Of a stretch of 64,000 nt of DNA, positions 1 through 10,285 are shown piece by piece (the stretch's first letter is position 1; every line of letters begins with the position of its first letter). Below the pieces are notes generated by a model. It searched no databases, had not been told where the DNA came from, and was given only the letters and a program-made list of their open reading frames with translations. The position numbers were made by a program, and so were the translations under genes. The DNA is taken from NCBI GenBank assembly GCA_963743305.1, contig CAVUPH010000014.1:224001-288000 (forward strand). The letters run 5' to 3'. The DNA comes from an uncultured delta proteobacterium. GTDB taxonomy: Bacteria; Desulfobacterota; RBG-13-43-22.

Positions 1-18
1 CAAAAAAGGAGGAAAGTC

Positions 19-1338
19 ATGGGAATCGGATCAGCATTTTATACGGGACTCAGCGGGTTGGACACCAGCGGGATGGCCATGGGGGTCATGGGGGATAACC
101 TGGCCAATAGCGGCACCACCGGCTATAAGGGCAGCTCCATTTATTTCAGCGACGTTCTGGGCTTGAGTCTTACCGGGGTATCCGGGGGGAACCGGGTGGG
201 GGCCGGGTCCAAGACTCAGGCGGTGGACGTCAATTTTACCCAGGGCACCTTTGAAACCACCGGGTCCGGGACCGATGTGGCCATCAACGGGAACGGCTTC
301 TTTGTGGTCCGGAATCCCGGTGACGGAGCGGAGTATTTTACCCGGGACGGCCATCTGAGCATCGATAATGAAGGCTATTATATCAACAGCCAGGGATATC
401 GGGTCCAGGGATACAAATACGGCCTCGATTCCGTTACGGGTGAGTATGCCCTGGAAGAAACCTTAACGGATTTACAGGTGACTCCCGGAAGCATCAACCC
501 CCCGATAGCCACCACCGCCGCGACCATGAAATTAAATTTGGATGCCTCCGCGGACATCAAGACGACGGCTTGGTCTATCGTCAACCCTTCAGCCCCACCG
601 GCGACTATTCCCCCCACCCCGGATATGTATAATTTTTCGGCCCCGGTGACTATCTATGACTCGCTGGGCTCCAGTCATGTGATTCAAGTCTATTTCACCA
701 AGACCGCCGCCTCCACCTGGGATTGGCACGCCTTGATCGACGGCGGCGATGTGACCGGAGGCACCGCTGGAGCCCCGCAATTGTTCGGTTCCGGAGTCGG
801 CATGGCCTATGACCCCGCCACCGGAAAAATGACCGCCCCTGTGGCCGCGGTACCCTTTCACGCGGGAGGGTTAACCTTTATGAATGGGAGTCCCTCCATC
901 GCCAGTACGGTTGATTTCGCCGATAGCGTATCCTTTGCCTCCCCCTCCCTGCTCCAGGACCTGAGTCAGAACGGTTTTCCGGCCGGCAGCGCCACCTCGG
1001 TTTCAATCGATGAGTTTGGGAACTTGACGGCCGCCTACTCCAACGGCACCAATAAACCCCTGTTCCGCATGGCCCTGGCCACATTCAAAAGTCTGAGCGG
1101 CCTCGAGCGAAAAGGGCTGACCCTTTACCAGAACACCATTGCTTCCGGTGACCCCCTCTACGGGAAGGCCGGGGAAGGGAGTTTGGGAAAGATCAACCCC
1201 ACCATGCTGGAAGCGGCCAATGTGGATCTGGCCTCGGAGATGATTAAAATGATCATCGTGCAGCGGGCCTACCAGGCCAACGCCAAGGTCATCACCATGG
1301 TCGATGAGATGATGCAGGCCGTTCAAAATATCCGCTAA
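19..1338 (+). CDS. flgE: Flagellar hook protein FlgE
   Basis: N-term GLSGL...GDNLANSGTTGYK, AINGNGFF, FTRDG, YDSLG and C-term LEAANVDLASE...QRAYQANAKVI; AGGAGG RBS. Confidence 0.96.
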   Translation: MGIGSAFYTGLSGLDTSGMAMGVMGDNLANSGTTGYKGSSIYFSDVLGLSLTGVSGGNRVGAGSKTQAVDVNFTQGTFETTGSGTDVAINGNGFFVVRNPGDGAEYFTRDGHLSIDNEGYYINSQGYRVQGYKYGLDSVTGEYALEETLTDLQVTPGSINPPIATTAATMKLNLDASADIKTTAWSIVNPSAPPATIPPTPDMYNFSAPVTIYDSLGSSHVIQVYFTKTAASTWDWHALIDGGDVTGGTAGAPQLFGSGVGMAYDPATGKMTAPVAAVPFHAGGLTFMNGSPSIASTVDFADSVSFASPSLLQDLSQNGFPAGSATSVSIDEFGNLTAAYSNGTNKPLFRMALATFKSLSGLERKGLTLYQNTIASGDPLYGKAGEGSLGKINPTMLEAANVDLASEMIKMIIVQRAYQANAKVITMVDEMMQAVQNIR

Positions 1339-1360
1339 CTACTTGGAGAGCCTTTAAGGG

Positions 1361-1411
1361 TACGGGAGGGGACTTCGGCGAGCTCAGCCAAGCCGTTCAG
1401 CCCCTCCCGTA
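1361..1411. repeat. Inverted repeat after flgE (terminator or REP-like hairpin)
   Basis: TACGGGAGGGG (1361-1371) pairs perfectly with CCCCTCCCGTA (1401-1411); followed by an AT-rich tract. Confidence 0.6.
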
Positions 1412-1649
1412 TTCATTAATTATTAATTAAAAGCCGCCTTCGACCCGGCCGGAAGATGGTGATTCCGGCCCGGGATAACTCCAAGACCCCACTCATCCAA
1501 TACGCTCCCGCTCGGTCTTAGCGCACGAAAACGGAATCCCGCGCTCTTCGGCCTGGACAGGCAGAGAAGGAGGTCATCTCCGCCCGCCCCTTGGTCAACC
1601 CGGGTTTGTTCCGGGCGGAAAGATATAAAACCCTGCCGGGCGCTCGACT

Positions 1650-1663
1650 GTCAACCGATTGAC
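1650..1663. promoter_or_regulatory. Candidate enhancer-binding-protein site (FleQ/FlrA-like palindrome)
   Basis: GTCAA-CCGA-TTGAC dyad about 100 bp upstream of the sigma54 -24 box, with an AT-rich tract (about 1713-1745) in between. Confidence 0.5.
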
Positions 1664-1765
1664 GCCTGCCCTTCGAATTGACGAACTCTCCCCGACGGCC
1701 CATCCCCTTCTGAAAAATAAACTATAAATAACGACTAGTTAATGAATATCGCTTCGATTCCCGTC

Positions 1766-1781
1766 TGGCATAGGCTTTGCT
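1766..1781 (+). promoter_or_regulatory. Sigma54 promoter of the fliL operon
   Basis: TGGCAT-AGGCT-TTGCT, with exact GG-N10-GC spacing. Confidence 0.8.
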
Positions 1782-1872
1782 TAATAGGAAGTCGAAGTCG
1801 CCACCCGGGGTAATCCCCTCCGCCAAGGAGGACCTAATCTGGCGACTCTATCTCAGAAACCGATGGACAGCG

Positions 1873-2412
1873 ATGGCTAAGCAAATAGCAGAAATTCCCC
1901 CCGAACCTCAGGCTGAAGACAACCCGGTTCCGCAGAAATCGGCTTTGAAAAAATGGCTGATCCTGGGGGGCCTGGGGTTCATCCTGCTGGCGGCCGGGGG
2001 CGGGGCGGCCATCTTTTTTCTTCCGGAGTATATGCCCGAACCGCTCAATTTTTTTGACCACAAACCGACCAAAGGCTCCCCGGCCCATAAAAAACCTCCT
2101 GAAGAGGAACGAGGCCACATTTACATCATGGACCCCATGATCGTCAATCTAGCCGATACCGACCAGAACCGTTACTTAAAAATTCGGATCAACTTGGAAA
2201 GCAAGAAGTCGGAAGCGAACGAGGAATTTACCAAAAAATTACCGCTGATCAAGGATACCATCCTGACCATTTTGTCCCAAAAAAAGAGTGAAGAACTGTT
2301 TCCCTCTTCCGGCAAGGAACAATTGAAAGCGGAAATGTTACGCTCGGTTAATCCCCATCTGCTCGAATTGAAAATAAAAGCTGTTTATTTTACCGAATTC
2401 GTCATCCAATGA
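1873..2412 (+). CDS. fliL: Flagellar basal body-associated protein FliL
   Basis: Single N-term TM helix, IVNLAD..RYLK, IKDTIL, VYFTEFVIQ C-terminus; ATG 1873 chosen because it lies downstream of the sigma54 promoter. Confidence 0.92.
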   Translation: MAKQIAEIPPEPQAEDNPVPQKSALKKWLILGGLGFILLAAGGGAAIFFLPEYMPEPLNFFDHKPTKGSPAHKKPPEEERGHIYIMDPMIVNLADTDQNRYLKIRINLESKKSEANEEFTKKLPLIKDTILTILSQKKSEELFPSSGKEQLKAEMLRSVNPHLLELKIKAVYFTEFVIQ

Positions 2413-3392
2413 GCAAAATATTATCTCAGGAAGAAATTGATGCCCTCCTCTTCGGAGTGGAGGAGGGAGCGGTCCCCACGCAGCCGGATCAGCCGGTTGA
2501 TTCGGTGGTGGTTCCCTATGACCTGACCAATCAAGACCGCGTTATCCGGGAAAGAATGCCTTCCCTGGAAATCATCAATGACCAGTTTTCCCGTTTTATC
2601 CGGAACACCCTCTCTTCTGCGCTGCGAAAAATTCTGGAAGTCAGCATCCAGGGCATCCAGATGATTAAATTCGGTGAATTTATCCGCACCCTTCCCGTCC
2701 CCAGTAGCCTGCATATCTTTAAGATGGAGCCTCTGCGCGGGCACGCCATTTTAGTGCTGGATCCCAAGATGGTTTTCACCTTGATCGATGTGTTCCTGGG
2801 GGGATCCGGGAAAGGGACTTACCGTATCGAGGGACGGGAATTCACGGCCATTGAATCTCGGTTGATCTACCGGGTGGTGGTGATGATCCTGACCGAACTG
2901 GAAAAGGCCTGGCATCCCGTGCATCCGGTCAGCATTCAATATGTACGCAGCGAAATCAATCCCCAGTTTGTCAGTATCGTCGGACCGAACGACCTGATGA
3001 TCATGACGACCTTCGGGCTGGAGCTGGAACACTTTACGGGAATGATCAACATTTGCATCCCCTATGCCCTGCTGGAACCGATCAAAAACAAACTCTATTC
3101 CGGGTACCAGCGTGATCGACTGGCGGTCGATAAAGACTGGATCCGGCGCTTTGAAGCCGGCATCCAGCAGGCGCAAATCGACCTGGTCGTGGAACTGGGG
3201 CGGACCCAGCTTAAAGTGAAGGATTTGCTGAAACTGAAAATAGGCGACACCCTGGTACTCAATACCGAAGCCAACGATTGTCTGATCGCTAAAGTGCAGG
3301 GAGTTCCCAAGTACCTGGGACACTCCGGACTGTATGGTGCGAATAAGGCCTTCCAAGTCAAAGAAAAGATATCCCTGCCCCGCAATGGTTAA
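2409..3392 (+). CDS. fliM: Flagellar motor switch protein FliM
   Basis: ILSQEEIDALL CheY-binding motif, GREFTAIE, C-term SpoA domain. Confidence 0.96.
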   Translation: MSKILSQEEIDALLFGVEEGAVPTQPDQPVDSVVVPYDLTNQDRVIRERMPSLEIINDQFSRFIRNTLSSALRKILEVSIQGIQMIKFGEFIRTLPVPSSLHIFKMEPLRGHAILVLDPKMVFTLIDVFLGGSGKGTYRIEGREFTAIESRLIYRVVVMILTELEKAWHPVHPVSIQYVRSEINPQFVSIVGPNDLMIMTTFGLELEHFTGMINICIPYALLEPIKNKLYSGYQRDRLAVDKDWIRRFEAGIQQAQIDLVVELGRTQLKVKDLLKLKIGDTLVLNTEANDCLIAKVQGVPKYLGHSGLYGANKAFQVKEKISLPRNG

Positions 3393-3404
3393 AAGAGGTT
3401 AACG

Positions 3405-3770
3405 ATGGAAGAACAAGCGACCCCGATGAACGAAGAGGAACTGCAGGAAGTCATGGAGATGGAATTGGATCCCCTGGAAAACCGGTCCCCTGAGCCCAAC
3501 GGACCGACCGTTACCAACCTGGATTTCATCCTGGATATCCCCATGGAGGTTTCCGTGGAACTGGGGCGGTCTAAAATGTTGATCAGCGATCTGCTGCAAC
3601 TGGGTCAAGGTTCGGTCATCGAATTGACCAAACTGGCCGGGGAACCATTGGAAGTGCTGGTCAATCAAAAATTGATCGCCCGGGGAGAAGTGGTGGTGGT
3701 GAATGAAAAATTCGGCATCCGGCTGACGGATATCATCAGCCCCACCGAACGGGTCAAGCGGTTGGGATGA
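3405..3770 (+). CDS. fliN: Flagellar motor switch protein FliN
   Basis: [13 protein letters not shown]...[13 protein letters not shown]. Confidence 0.96.
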   Translation: MEEQATPMNEEELQEVMEMELDPLENRSPEPNGPTVTNLDFILDIPMEVSVELGRSKMLISDLLQLGQGSVIELTKLAGEPLEVLVNQKLIARGEVVVVNEKFGIRLTDIISPTERVKRLG

Positions 3771-3776
3771 GCGGGA

Positions 3777-4175
3777 TTGGACATGGGCTGGGTGGTATTT
3801 AAAATGTTGTTTGCGCTGAGCCTGGTTCTGGGCCTGCTTTTTCTGCTGGTTCGGGTCTTGAAGCGTACCCCACTGATTCGAAAAGATCTCCCCACGGATT
3901 TTGACATTCGAGTCCTGACCACCAAACCGATCGCTCCTCGGAAGTTCATTTCCTTAGTGGAAATCGGCGGGGAAGTGCTGGCTTTGGGGATTTCGGAGGC
4001 CCAGGTCAGTTACCTGACAAAAATTGAAAACCCGGAATGGCTAAAAAAATGGAAGCAGGGGACTTCCCCCGGTCCTGTCGTTACGCTGCCTGCCTGGATG
4101 GGAAAGTTCCCGTTGAAGAAAAGAAAAAGCATCTCCTCCTCCGAGGAAAGAAGGGTATACGAGAATGGGGAATAA
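3777..4175 (+). CDS. fliO: Flagellar biosynthesis protein FliO
   Basis: N-term TM helix, beta-rich [12 protein letters not shown] segment, position between fliN and fliP; start may be ATG 3783. Confidence 0.85.
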   Translation: MDMGWVVFKMLFALSLVLGLLFLLVRVLKRTPLIRKDLPTDFDIRVLTTKPIAPRKFISLVEIGGEVLALGISEAQVSYLTKIENPEWLKKWKQGTSPGPVVTLPAWMGKFPLKKRKSISSSEERRVYENGE

Positions 4176-4938
4176 AAGCGTTCTCTCCATCATCCCGGTA
4201 ATCGTGTTCGGCTGGGCGATCGGATTGACGCCCGCCATCTGCTGGGGACAAGGATCCGCCTTACCTCTTCCCGCCTTGAATATCGGCTTGGGGGCGGCGA
4301 AAAATCCGGGGGAGGTTTCGGTCCTCATTCAAATTCTTTTCCTCCTGACGGTCCTTTCTCTGGCCCCGGCGATCCTGATTATGATGACCTCTTTTACCCG
4401 CCTGGCCATCGTTTTTTCCTTTTTACGGCATGCCATCGGCACCCAGCAGATGCCCCCCAATCAGATCCTGATCGGCTTGTCCCTGTTTTTGACCTTTTTT
4501 ATCATGACCCCGGTCTGGCAGTCGGTCAAGACCACCGCCTGGGATCCCTATATGAAGAAGACCATCAACCAGGAGCAGGCCCTGGAAGCGGCGGCCAAGC
4601 CGGTGCGGGCCTTTATGTTCAAACAGACCCGGGAAAAAGACCTGGCCCTGTTCATTAACTTGGCCAAGATCGTCAGGCCTAAGAATACCGAAGACATCCC
4701 GACCACGGTGCTGGTCCCGGCCTTTATGATCAGCGAGTTGAAAACCGCCTTTCAAATCGGATTTGTCCTCTTTCTCCCTTTTTTGGTGATCGACCTGGTG
4801 GTGTCCAGCATCCTCCTCTCCATGGGCATGATGATGCTGCCGCCGGTGATGATCTCCCTGCCGTTCAAGATCTTGTTGTTTGTCCTGGTGGACGGCTGGC
4901 ATTTAATTGTAGGTTCTCTGGTAAAAAGTTTCCAGTAA
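4165..4938 (+). CDS. fliP: Flagellar export gate protein FliP
   Basis: [39 protein letters not shown]. Confidence 0.97.
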   Translation: MGNKSVLSIIPVIVFGWAIGLTPAICWGQGSALPLPALNIGLGAAKNPGEVSVLIQILFLLTVLSLAPAILIMMTSFTRLAIVFSFLRHAIGTQQMPPNQILIGLSLFLTFFIMTPVWQSVKTTAWDPYMKKTINQEQALEAAAKPVRAFMFKQTREKDLALFINLAKIVRPKNTEDIPTTVLVPAFMISELKTAFQIGFVLFLPFLVIDLVVSSILLSMGMMMLPPVMISLPFKILLFVLVDGWHLIVGSLVKSFQ

Positions 4939-4954
4939 GGAGCGAGGTGCCTTC

Positions 4955-5224
4955 ATGACCCCGGAAATGGTAATCAGCCTGGCCAAAGAGACCGTGGAAT
5001 TGACCTTGGTGATCTCCCTGCCCATGCTGGCCGTAGGCTTGATTATCGGCGTGGGAATCGGCTTGCTGCAGTCCCTGACCCAGATCCAGGAGATGACCCT
5101 GGTCTTGGTGCCCAAGATTATCGCCACCTTGCTGGTTCTGCTTTTCATGCTGCCCTGGATGATGAATAAGATGACGGCCTATACCGAACAACTGATCCTC
5201 AACATTCCTACGTACGCCAAATGA
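4955..5224 (+). CDS. fliQ: Flagellar export gate protein FliQ
   Basis: QSLTQIQEMTLVLVPKI, 89 aa. Confidence 0.96.
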   Translation: MTPEMVISLAKETVELTLVISLPMLAVGLIIGVGIGLLQSLTQIQEMTLVLVPKIIATLLVLLFMLPWMMNKMTAYTEQLILNIPTYAK

Positions 5225-5231
5225 GGGAACT

Positions 5232-6023
5232 GTGCCCATTTCCTGGTTGAACTGGTCTCTGACGCAATTTCAGGCTTTCGTCATCGTCCTGACCCGGGTG
5301 GCCGCAGTCTTGTTTATGATGCCGCTCCTGGGTACGCGCTATGTGCCCACCCTGGTAAAAATCGGGCTGGCTTTGGTGATCAGCTTGATCCTCCTGCCCT
5401 TGGTCAAGGTGGAAGTCTCGGCCGCCCTGTTTGAACCGGTGGGCTTCGCCTGGTATCTGATCGCCGAGCTGATGCTCGGCCTCATCCTGGGGCTGACCAT
5501 GAAGCTGATCTTCGCCGGGATCCAGTTGGCCGGGGAGTTCATGGGTTATCAGATGGGCCTGGCCATGGCCAGCCTTTTTGACCCCCAGTCCGGGACGAAC
5601 AACACGGTGACGGCCGAGTTCCTTTATCTGGTGGCCCTCTTGTTTTTCCTGGCCCTGAACGGGCACCACTGGTTTTTTAGGGCCCTGGTGGAAAGTTTCC
5701 GGGAAGTTGAACCGGGGGTCTTGCTGATTCGGACTGGCTTGTATGAATACCTGCTGCAGCTTTCCGGAAAGATGTTCGTGATCGCCATCAAGCTGGTGGC
5801 CCCGGTCATGGCCATTGTCTTGTTTGTCCATATGGCCTTGGGTCTGACGGCCAAGATGGTCCCCCAAATCAATCTCCTGATGGCCAGTTTTCCCTTGACC
5901 ATCGGCCTGGGTCTGGTCTTTCTGGCCTTATCGATCGAACTATTCGCCCCGTATTTTCAATCCCTGTTTGAAGAAACGGGAATGGGAATGATAAAAACCG
6001 TTCTCCCTTTAATGGGCAGGTAA
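5232..6023 (+). CDS. fliR: Flagellar export gate protein FliR
   Basis: Multi-TM; AGEFMGYQMGL..FDP, GHH, PQIN motifs. Confidence 0.95.
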   Translation: MPISWLNWSLTQFQAFVIVLTRVAAVLFMMPLLGTRYVPTLVKIGLALVISLILLPLVKVEVSAALFEPVGFAWYLIAELMLGLILGLTMKLIFAGIQLAGEFMGYQMGLAMASLFDPQSGTNNTVTAEFLYLVALLFFLALNGHHWFFRALVESFREVEPGVLLIRTGLYEYLLQLSGKMFVIAIKLVAPVMAIVLFVHMALGLTAKMVPQINLLMASFPLTIGLGLVFLALSIELFAPYFQSLFEETGMGMIKTVLPLMGR

Positions 6024-6025
6024 CC

Positions 6026-7093
6026 ATGGCTGAAGAATTTTCCGGGGAAAAAAGCGAACAGGCAACGCCGCGGCGGCGGGAGGAGGCCCGTAAAAAGGGA
6101 CAGATCGCCAAAAGCCGAGAAATCCCTTCGGTCCTGGTGTTGATGACCGGGCTGCTGGTCCTTTTATTAATCGGCCGGCATTTGACACAACGTTTGGCGG
6201 ACTTCACGGCCCAGATGCTGGGACGGGCCGGCACGCTGTCGATCACACCCTCCTCGGTCCAGGCCCTGGGTCAGGAGCTGGTTACTTTTCTCCTGGTAGC
6301 CCTGGCTCCCCTCATGCTGGCAGTCCTGGCCATGGCGGTTCTGTCCAACTATATCCAGGTCGGTTCCCTGTTTGCCTTGGAACTCATCAAACCCGATTTT
6401 TCCAAGATCGATATTTTTAAGGGTTTGAAGCGTCTCTTTTCGATCCAATCCTTAGTGGAGATGCTTAAATCCTTGCTGAAATTGGTGATTATCGGCTATG
6501 TGGCCTATTCCACCATCGCCGGAGAACTGAAAGAAATCCTACCCCTCACCGATCAGGAATTACCCGCCATCTTTAGCTATATCAGTCGGGTATCTTTCAA
6601 CATCTTCATCAAGTCGACCCTGGTGATGGCCCTGCTGGCCGGTCTGGACTATGTTTTCCAGCGGTTTCAGCACGAAAAGAAACTGCGCATGTCCCATCAG
6701 GAATTAAAAGAAGAGTTTAAACAGACCGAAGGAGACCCGTTAATCAAATCGCGGGTGCGCAGCCTCCAAAGGGAAATGGCCCGCCGGAGGATGATGGCCG
6801 AAGTCCCCAAGGCCGATGTGATCATCACCAACCCAACCCATTTGGCCATAGCCGTAACTTATCGTAACGGGGAAATGGTCGCCCCCCAAGTGTCGGCCAA
6901 GGGGGCGAATTTTCTGGCTGAGAAGATCAAAGAAATCGCCCGACACCATGGAATTCCCATCCTGGAAAATAAACCCCTGGCCCAAGCCCTCTTTAAAACC
7001 GTGGATTTGGGGCAGATGATCCCTCCCAGCCTCTACCAAGTGGTAGCGGAAATTTTAGCCTATGTGTACCGGCTTAAAAACAAAAGGATCTGA
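6026..7093 (+). CDS. flhB: Flagellar export switch protein FlhB
   Basis: EGDPLIK and NPTH autocleavage motif. Confidence 0.97.
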   Translation: MAEEFSGEKSEQATPRRREEARKKGQIAKSREIPSVLVLMTGLLVLLLIGRHLTQRLADFTAQMLGRAGTLSITPSSVQALGQELVTFLLVALAPLMLAVLAMAVLSNYIQVGSLFALELIKPDFSKIDIFKGLKRLFSIQSLVEMLKSLLKLVIIGYVAYSTIAGELKEILPLTDQELPAIFSYISRVSFNIFIKSTLVMALLAGLDYVFQRFQHEKKLRMSHQELKEEFKQTEGDPLIKSRVRSLQREMARRRMMAEVPKADVIITNPTHLAIAVTYRNGEMVAPQVSAKGANFLAEKIKEIARHHGIPILENKPLAQALFKTVDLGQMIPPSLYQVVAEILAYVYRLKNKRI

Positions 7094-7146
7094 GGAGAAG
7101 ATGAAACCCATTTTTCTTTGTCCCAGAGACATTCCCAGAGGGCACC

Positions 7147-9246
7147 ATGGCGGTTGATTCTTTAGCTCCGGCTGCTCCGCTTCTTAAGAACAAAATCCGT
7201 TTAGACCAGGTCGACCTGATGATGGGGATCGGGGTGGTGGCCGTGCTCCTGGTCATGATCATCCCTTTGCCGGCTTTCATTTTGGATATACTTCTGTCCC
7301 TGAGCATCACCTGCTCTCTGGTCATTTTATTGACCTCCACCTATATTACCAAGCCCCTGGAATTTTCCACTTTTCCCTCCGTCCTGCTGGTCACCACCCT
7401 GTTCCGGCTGTCCCTGAACGTGGCCTCTACCCGCCTGATCCTCCTGCACGGCAACGAGGGCGCCGCCGCCGCCGGGCAGGTGATTCGATCTTTTGGCAAT
7501 TTCGTGGTGGGCGGCAATTTTCTGGTGGGGTTTATCATCTTCAGCATCTTAGTCATTATTAATTTTGTGGTTATTACCAAGGGAAGCGGTCGAATCGCCG
7601 AAGTGGCGGCCCGCTTTACCCTGGATGCCATGCCGGGCAAGCAGATGGCCATCGATGCCGACTTGAACGCCGGGTTGATCGATGATCGGGAGGCCCGAAG
7701 CCGACGCGGCCAGATCGCCCGGGAGGCCGAATTTTATGGATCCATGGATGGGGCCAGCAAATTCGTTCGCGGGGAAGCCATTGCCGGGATCATTATCATT
7801 CTAATCAATATCGGCGGCGGATTCATCATCGGAGTGTTGCAGCAATCCTTGTCGCTGGCCGTGGCCGCTCAGAACTACACCATCCTGACTATCGGCGACG
7901 CCTTGGTGACCCAGATCCCGGCCCTGATGATTTCCACGGCCGCCGGTATTATCGTCACCCGGGCCGCCTCGGAAAACAGCATGGGAAAAGAACTCGGGCG
8001 GCAGTTCAAACTCCAGCCTCAGGCGATCAGTCTATCCGCCGGCATCCTTTTTTTCTTTGGCCTAATACCCGGACTGCCCCACATTCCCTTTATCGGTCTG
8101 GCGTTGATTATCGGCTTTCTAGCGTTTCTGGCCTTCCGGGAACAAAAACGGCTGGCGGAAGGGCTGGCGGCGGCGGAACCCAAAAAAGGTGCCGCTCAAC
8201 CCGCCGAGCAGATCGAATCCCTGCTGCATCTGGACCTGCTGGAATTGGAGGTGGGCTACGGTTTGATCCCCTTGGTGGATGAAGAACAACAGGGAAATCT
8301 CCTGGAACGGATCCGTTCCATCCGGCGCCAGTTTGCCTTGGAAATGGGTTTTATCGTTTCCCCGCTGCGGGTCCGGGACAACTTGCAGTTGAAACCGGGG
8401 GAATATCGCTTTCTGATTAAGAACAACGAAGTTGCCAAAGGAGAAATGATGTTGGGCTATTGCCTGGCGTTGAACCCCGGCGACGTGAAAAACGTCATCG
8501 AGGGAATCCCCACCCAGGAACCCGCTTTTCAACTCCCGGCCCTGTGGATCTCCGAAAAAAGAAAAGACGAGGCCCAGTTTGCCGGTTATACGGTGGTGGA
8601 TATTTCGACCATTATCGCCACTCATTTAACGGAAGTCATCCGGAGCCATGCCCAGGAATTGCTGAGCCGTCAGGACGTGCAAAAATTATTGGATCACCTG
8701 TCCCAGAGTTACCCCAAATCGGTGGATGAATTAATCCCCAACCTGCTTTCCCTCGGGGTAATTCAGAGGGTTTTACAGAATTTATTGAAAGAAAGGGTTT
8801 CCATCCGGGATCTCCTGACCATCGTTGAAACTTTGGCTGACTACGGCCCGGTCACCAAAGATCCGGATATCCTTACCGAGTACGTTCGTCAAAAAATCGC
8901 CCGTTCCATCCTGAAACAATATGAAACCGTCGAAGGTGTTTTGCCGCTGGTCACCCTGGATCAGCATCTGGAAGACATTCTTCGGGACGGCATTCAGAAA
9001 GTGGACCAGGGCGCCTATCTTTCCTTAGAGCCCAGTCTGGCCCAGCGGATCCTGGTCAGCATCAACCAGACCCTGGAAAAAACCGTGCATTTAAATTATC
9101 AACCGATCATTCTCTGTTCGCCACCGATTCGGCGCCATCTAAAAAAACTGCTGGACCGGTTTATGCCCCAAGTGGTGGTCATCTCTCATAATGAGCTGAC
9201 CGCCAAATCCAAAATTCAATCCTTAGGTACGGTGACTATCAGCTAA
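7147..9246 (+). CDS. flhA: Flagellar export protein FlhA
   Basis: AEVAARFTLDAMPGKQMAIDADL, FYGSMDGASKFV. Confidence 0.98.
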   Translation: MAVDSLAPAAPLLKNKIRLDQVDLMMGIGVVAVLLVMIIPLPAFILDILLSLSITCSLVILLTSTYITKPLEFSTFPSVLLVTTLFRLSLNVASTRLILLHGNEGAAAAGQVIRSFGNFVVGGNFLVGFIIFSILVIINFVVITKGSGRIAEVAARFTLDAMPGKQMAIDADLNAGLIDDREARSRRGQIAREAEFYGSMDGASKFVRGEAIAGIIIILINIGGGFIIGVLQQSLSLAVAAQNYTILTIGDALVTQIPALMISTAAGIIVTRAASENSMGKELGRQFKLQPQAISLSAGILFFFGLIPGLPHIPFIGLALIIGFLAFLAFREQKRLAEGLAAAEPKKGAAQPAEQIESLLHLDLLELEVGYGLIPLVDEEQQGNLLERIRSIRRQFALEMGFIVSPLRVRDNLQLKPGEYRFLIKNNEVAKGEMMLGYCLALNPGDVKNVIEGIPTQEPAFQLPALWISEKRKDEAQFAGYTVVDISTIIATHLTEVIRSHAQELLSRQDVQKLLDHLSQSYPKSVDELIPNLLSLGVIQRVLQNLLKERVSIRDLLTIVETLADYGPVTKDPDILTEYVRQKIARSILKQYETVEGVLPLVTLDQHLEDILRDGIQKVDQGAYLSLEPSLAQRILVSINQTLEKTVHLNYQPIILCSPPIRRHLKKLLDRFMPQVVVISHNELTAKSKIQSLGTVTIS

Positions 9247-10271
9247 TGCGCATCCGAAGGTTCGAAGCCGAAAATATGCAAGAAGCCATGAAACAGGTCA
9301 AGGCCGTTTTGGGCCCGGAGGCCTTAATCCTTTCCTCCCGATCGATCAAAAATCCAAATCAGCCGCTACAGTCGATTTTTGAAATCGTGGCCGCCACGGA
9401 CCCTGACCCGACACCGGACTTTCCCAAACAACCGCCCCGAGTGCCTTCCCGAAGCCGGCCTTATTCTTCGGAAGTCCGCTCGGGGTCGCCTTCCCCCGAG
9501 AGGATCGTGGAAAAACTTCTGGCCTGCGGGCTCTCCCCGGATTGGGTGAGTCCCTTGATCCGGGAGCTCAAGGCCCTCTCCGGGAAGGAAAAAGATCTCG
9601 CGGGAGAACAATTCCAGGATTATCTCGTCCGAAGACTGGCGGACGGGGTGGAAGTAGCCGGCCCGCAACAATCCGCCGGCCGGGTCTATGCCCTGGTCGG
9701 TCCCACCGGGGTGGGGAAAACAACGACTATCGCCAAGTTGGCCGCCTATTTCAGTTTAAAAATGGCCCAAAAAGTCCTGCTGCTGACCATTGACACCTAT
9801 CGGATTGGGGCGGTGGAACAACTGGCCACCTACGCCCGTATTCTGGGCCTTCCCCTGAAGGTGGCGGCCAGCCCGAAAGAACTAAAATCCTGTCTGGAAG
9901 AGCGGGGTGAACAGGATCTGGTGCTGATTGATACCGCGGGCCGAAGTCCCAATAACACCGGGATGCTGGATGAGTTACGGGACTTTCTGACCGTTTCTCC
10001 GGTTATTGGGAGCCACCTGGTGGTCAGCGCCACCACCAAAGAGGGGGACATAAAAAAGATTATCTCCGGCTTCAGCGGCCTCCCCCTGGAAGGGTATATC
10101 TGCACCAAGCTCGACGAAACGGACCATTATCTCCCGCTGCTCAATCAATTGGTGCCGACCCGACGTCCCTTGGCCTATTTTACCCACGGCCAGCGGGTAC
10201 CCGAGGATTTGGAGCAGGTTACCAAGTCCCGGATAGTCCGATTATTATCCAATCAAATTCATTGGAATTGA
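9246..10271 (+). CDS. flhF: SRP-family GTPase FlhF
   Basis: GPTGVGKTTTIAKLA, DTYRIGA, DTAGRS, TKLDE. Confidence 0.95.
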   Translation: MRIRRFEAENMQEAMKQVKAVLGPEALILSSRSIKNPNQPLQSIFEIVAATDPDPTPDFPKQPPRVPSRSRPYSSEVRSGSPSPERIVEKLLACGLSPDWVSPLIRELKALSGKEKDLAGEQFQDYLVRRLADGVEVAGPQQSAGRVYALVGPTGVGKTTTIAKLAAYFSLKMAQKVLLLTIDTYRIGAVEQLATYARILGLPLKVAASPKELKSCLEERGEQDLVLIDTAGRSPNNTGMLDELRDFLTVSPVIGSHLVVSATTKEGDIKKIISGFSGLPLEGYICTKLDETDHYLPLLNQLVPTRRPLAYFTHGQRVPEDLEQVTKSRIVRLLSNQIHWN

Positions 10272-10285
10272 TGAGGGGGCCCCGG

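Noticed and set aside
1777-1872. N-terminal extensions given in the ORF track (fliL, cardiolipin synthase, RidA, UbiA, DUF362, DUF3467)
   Set aside because: The upstream starts overlap promoters or neighbouring genes, or lack an RBS; downstream ATGs fit better.
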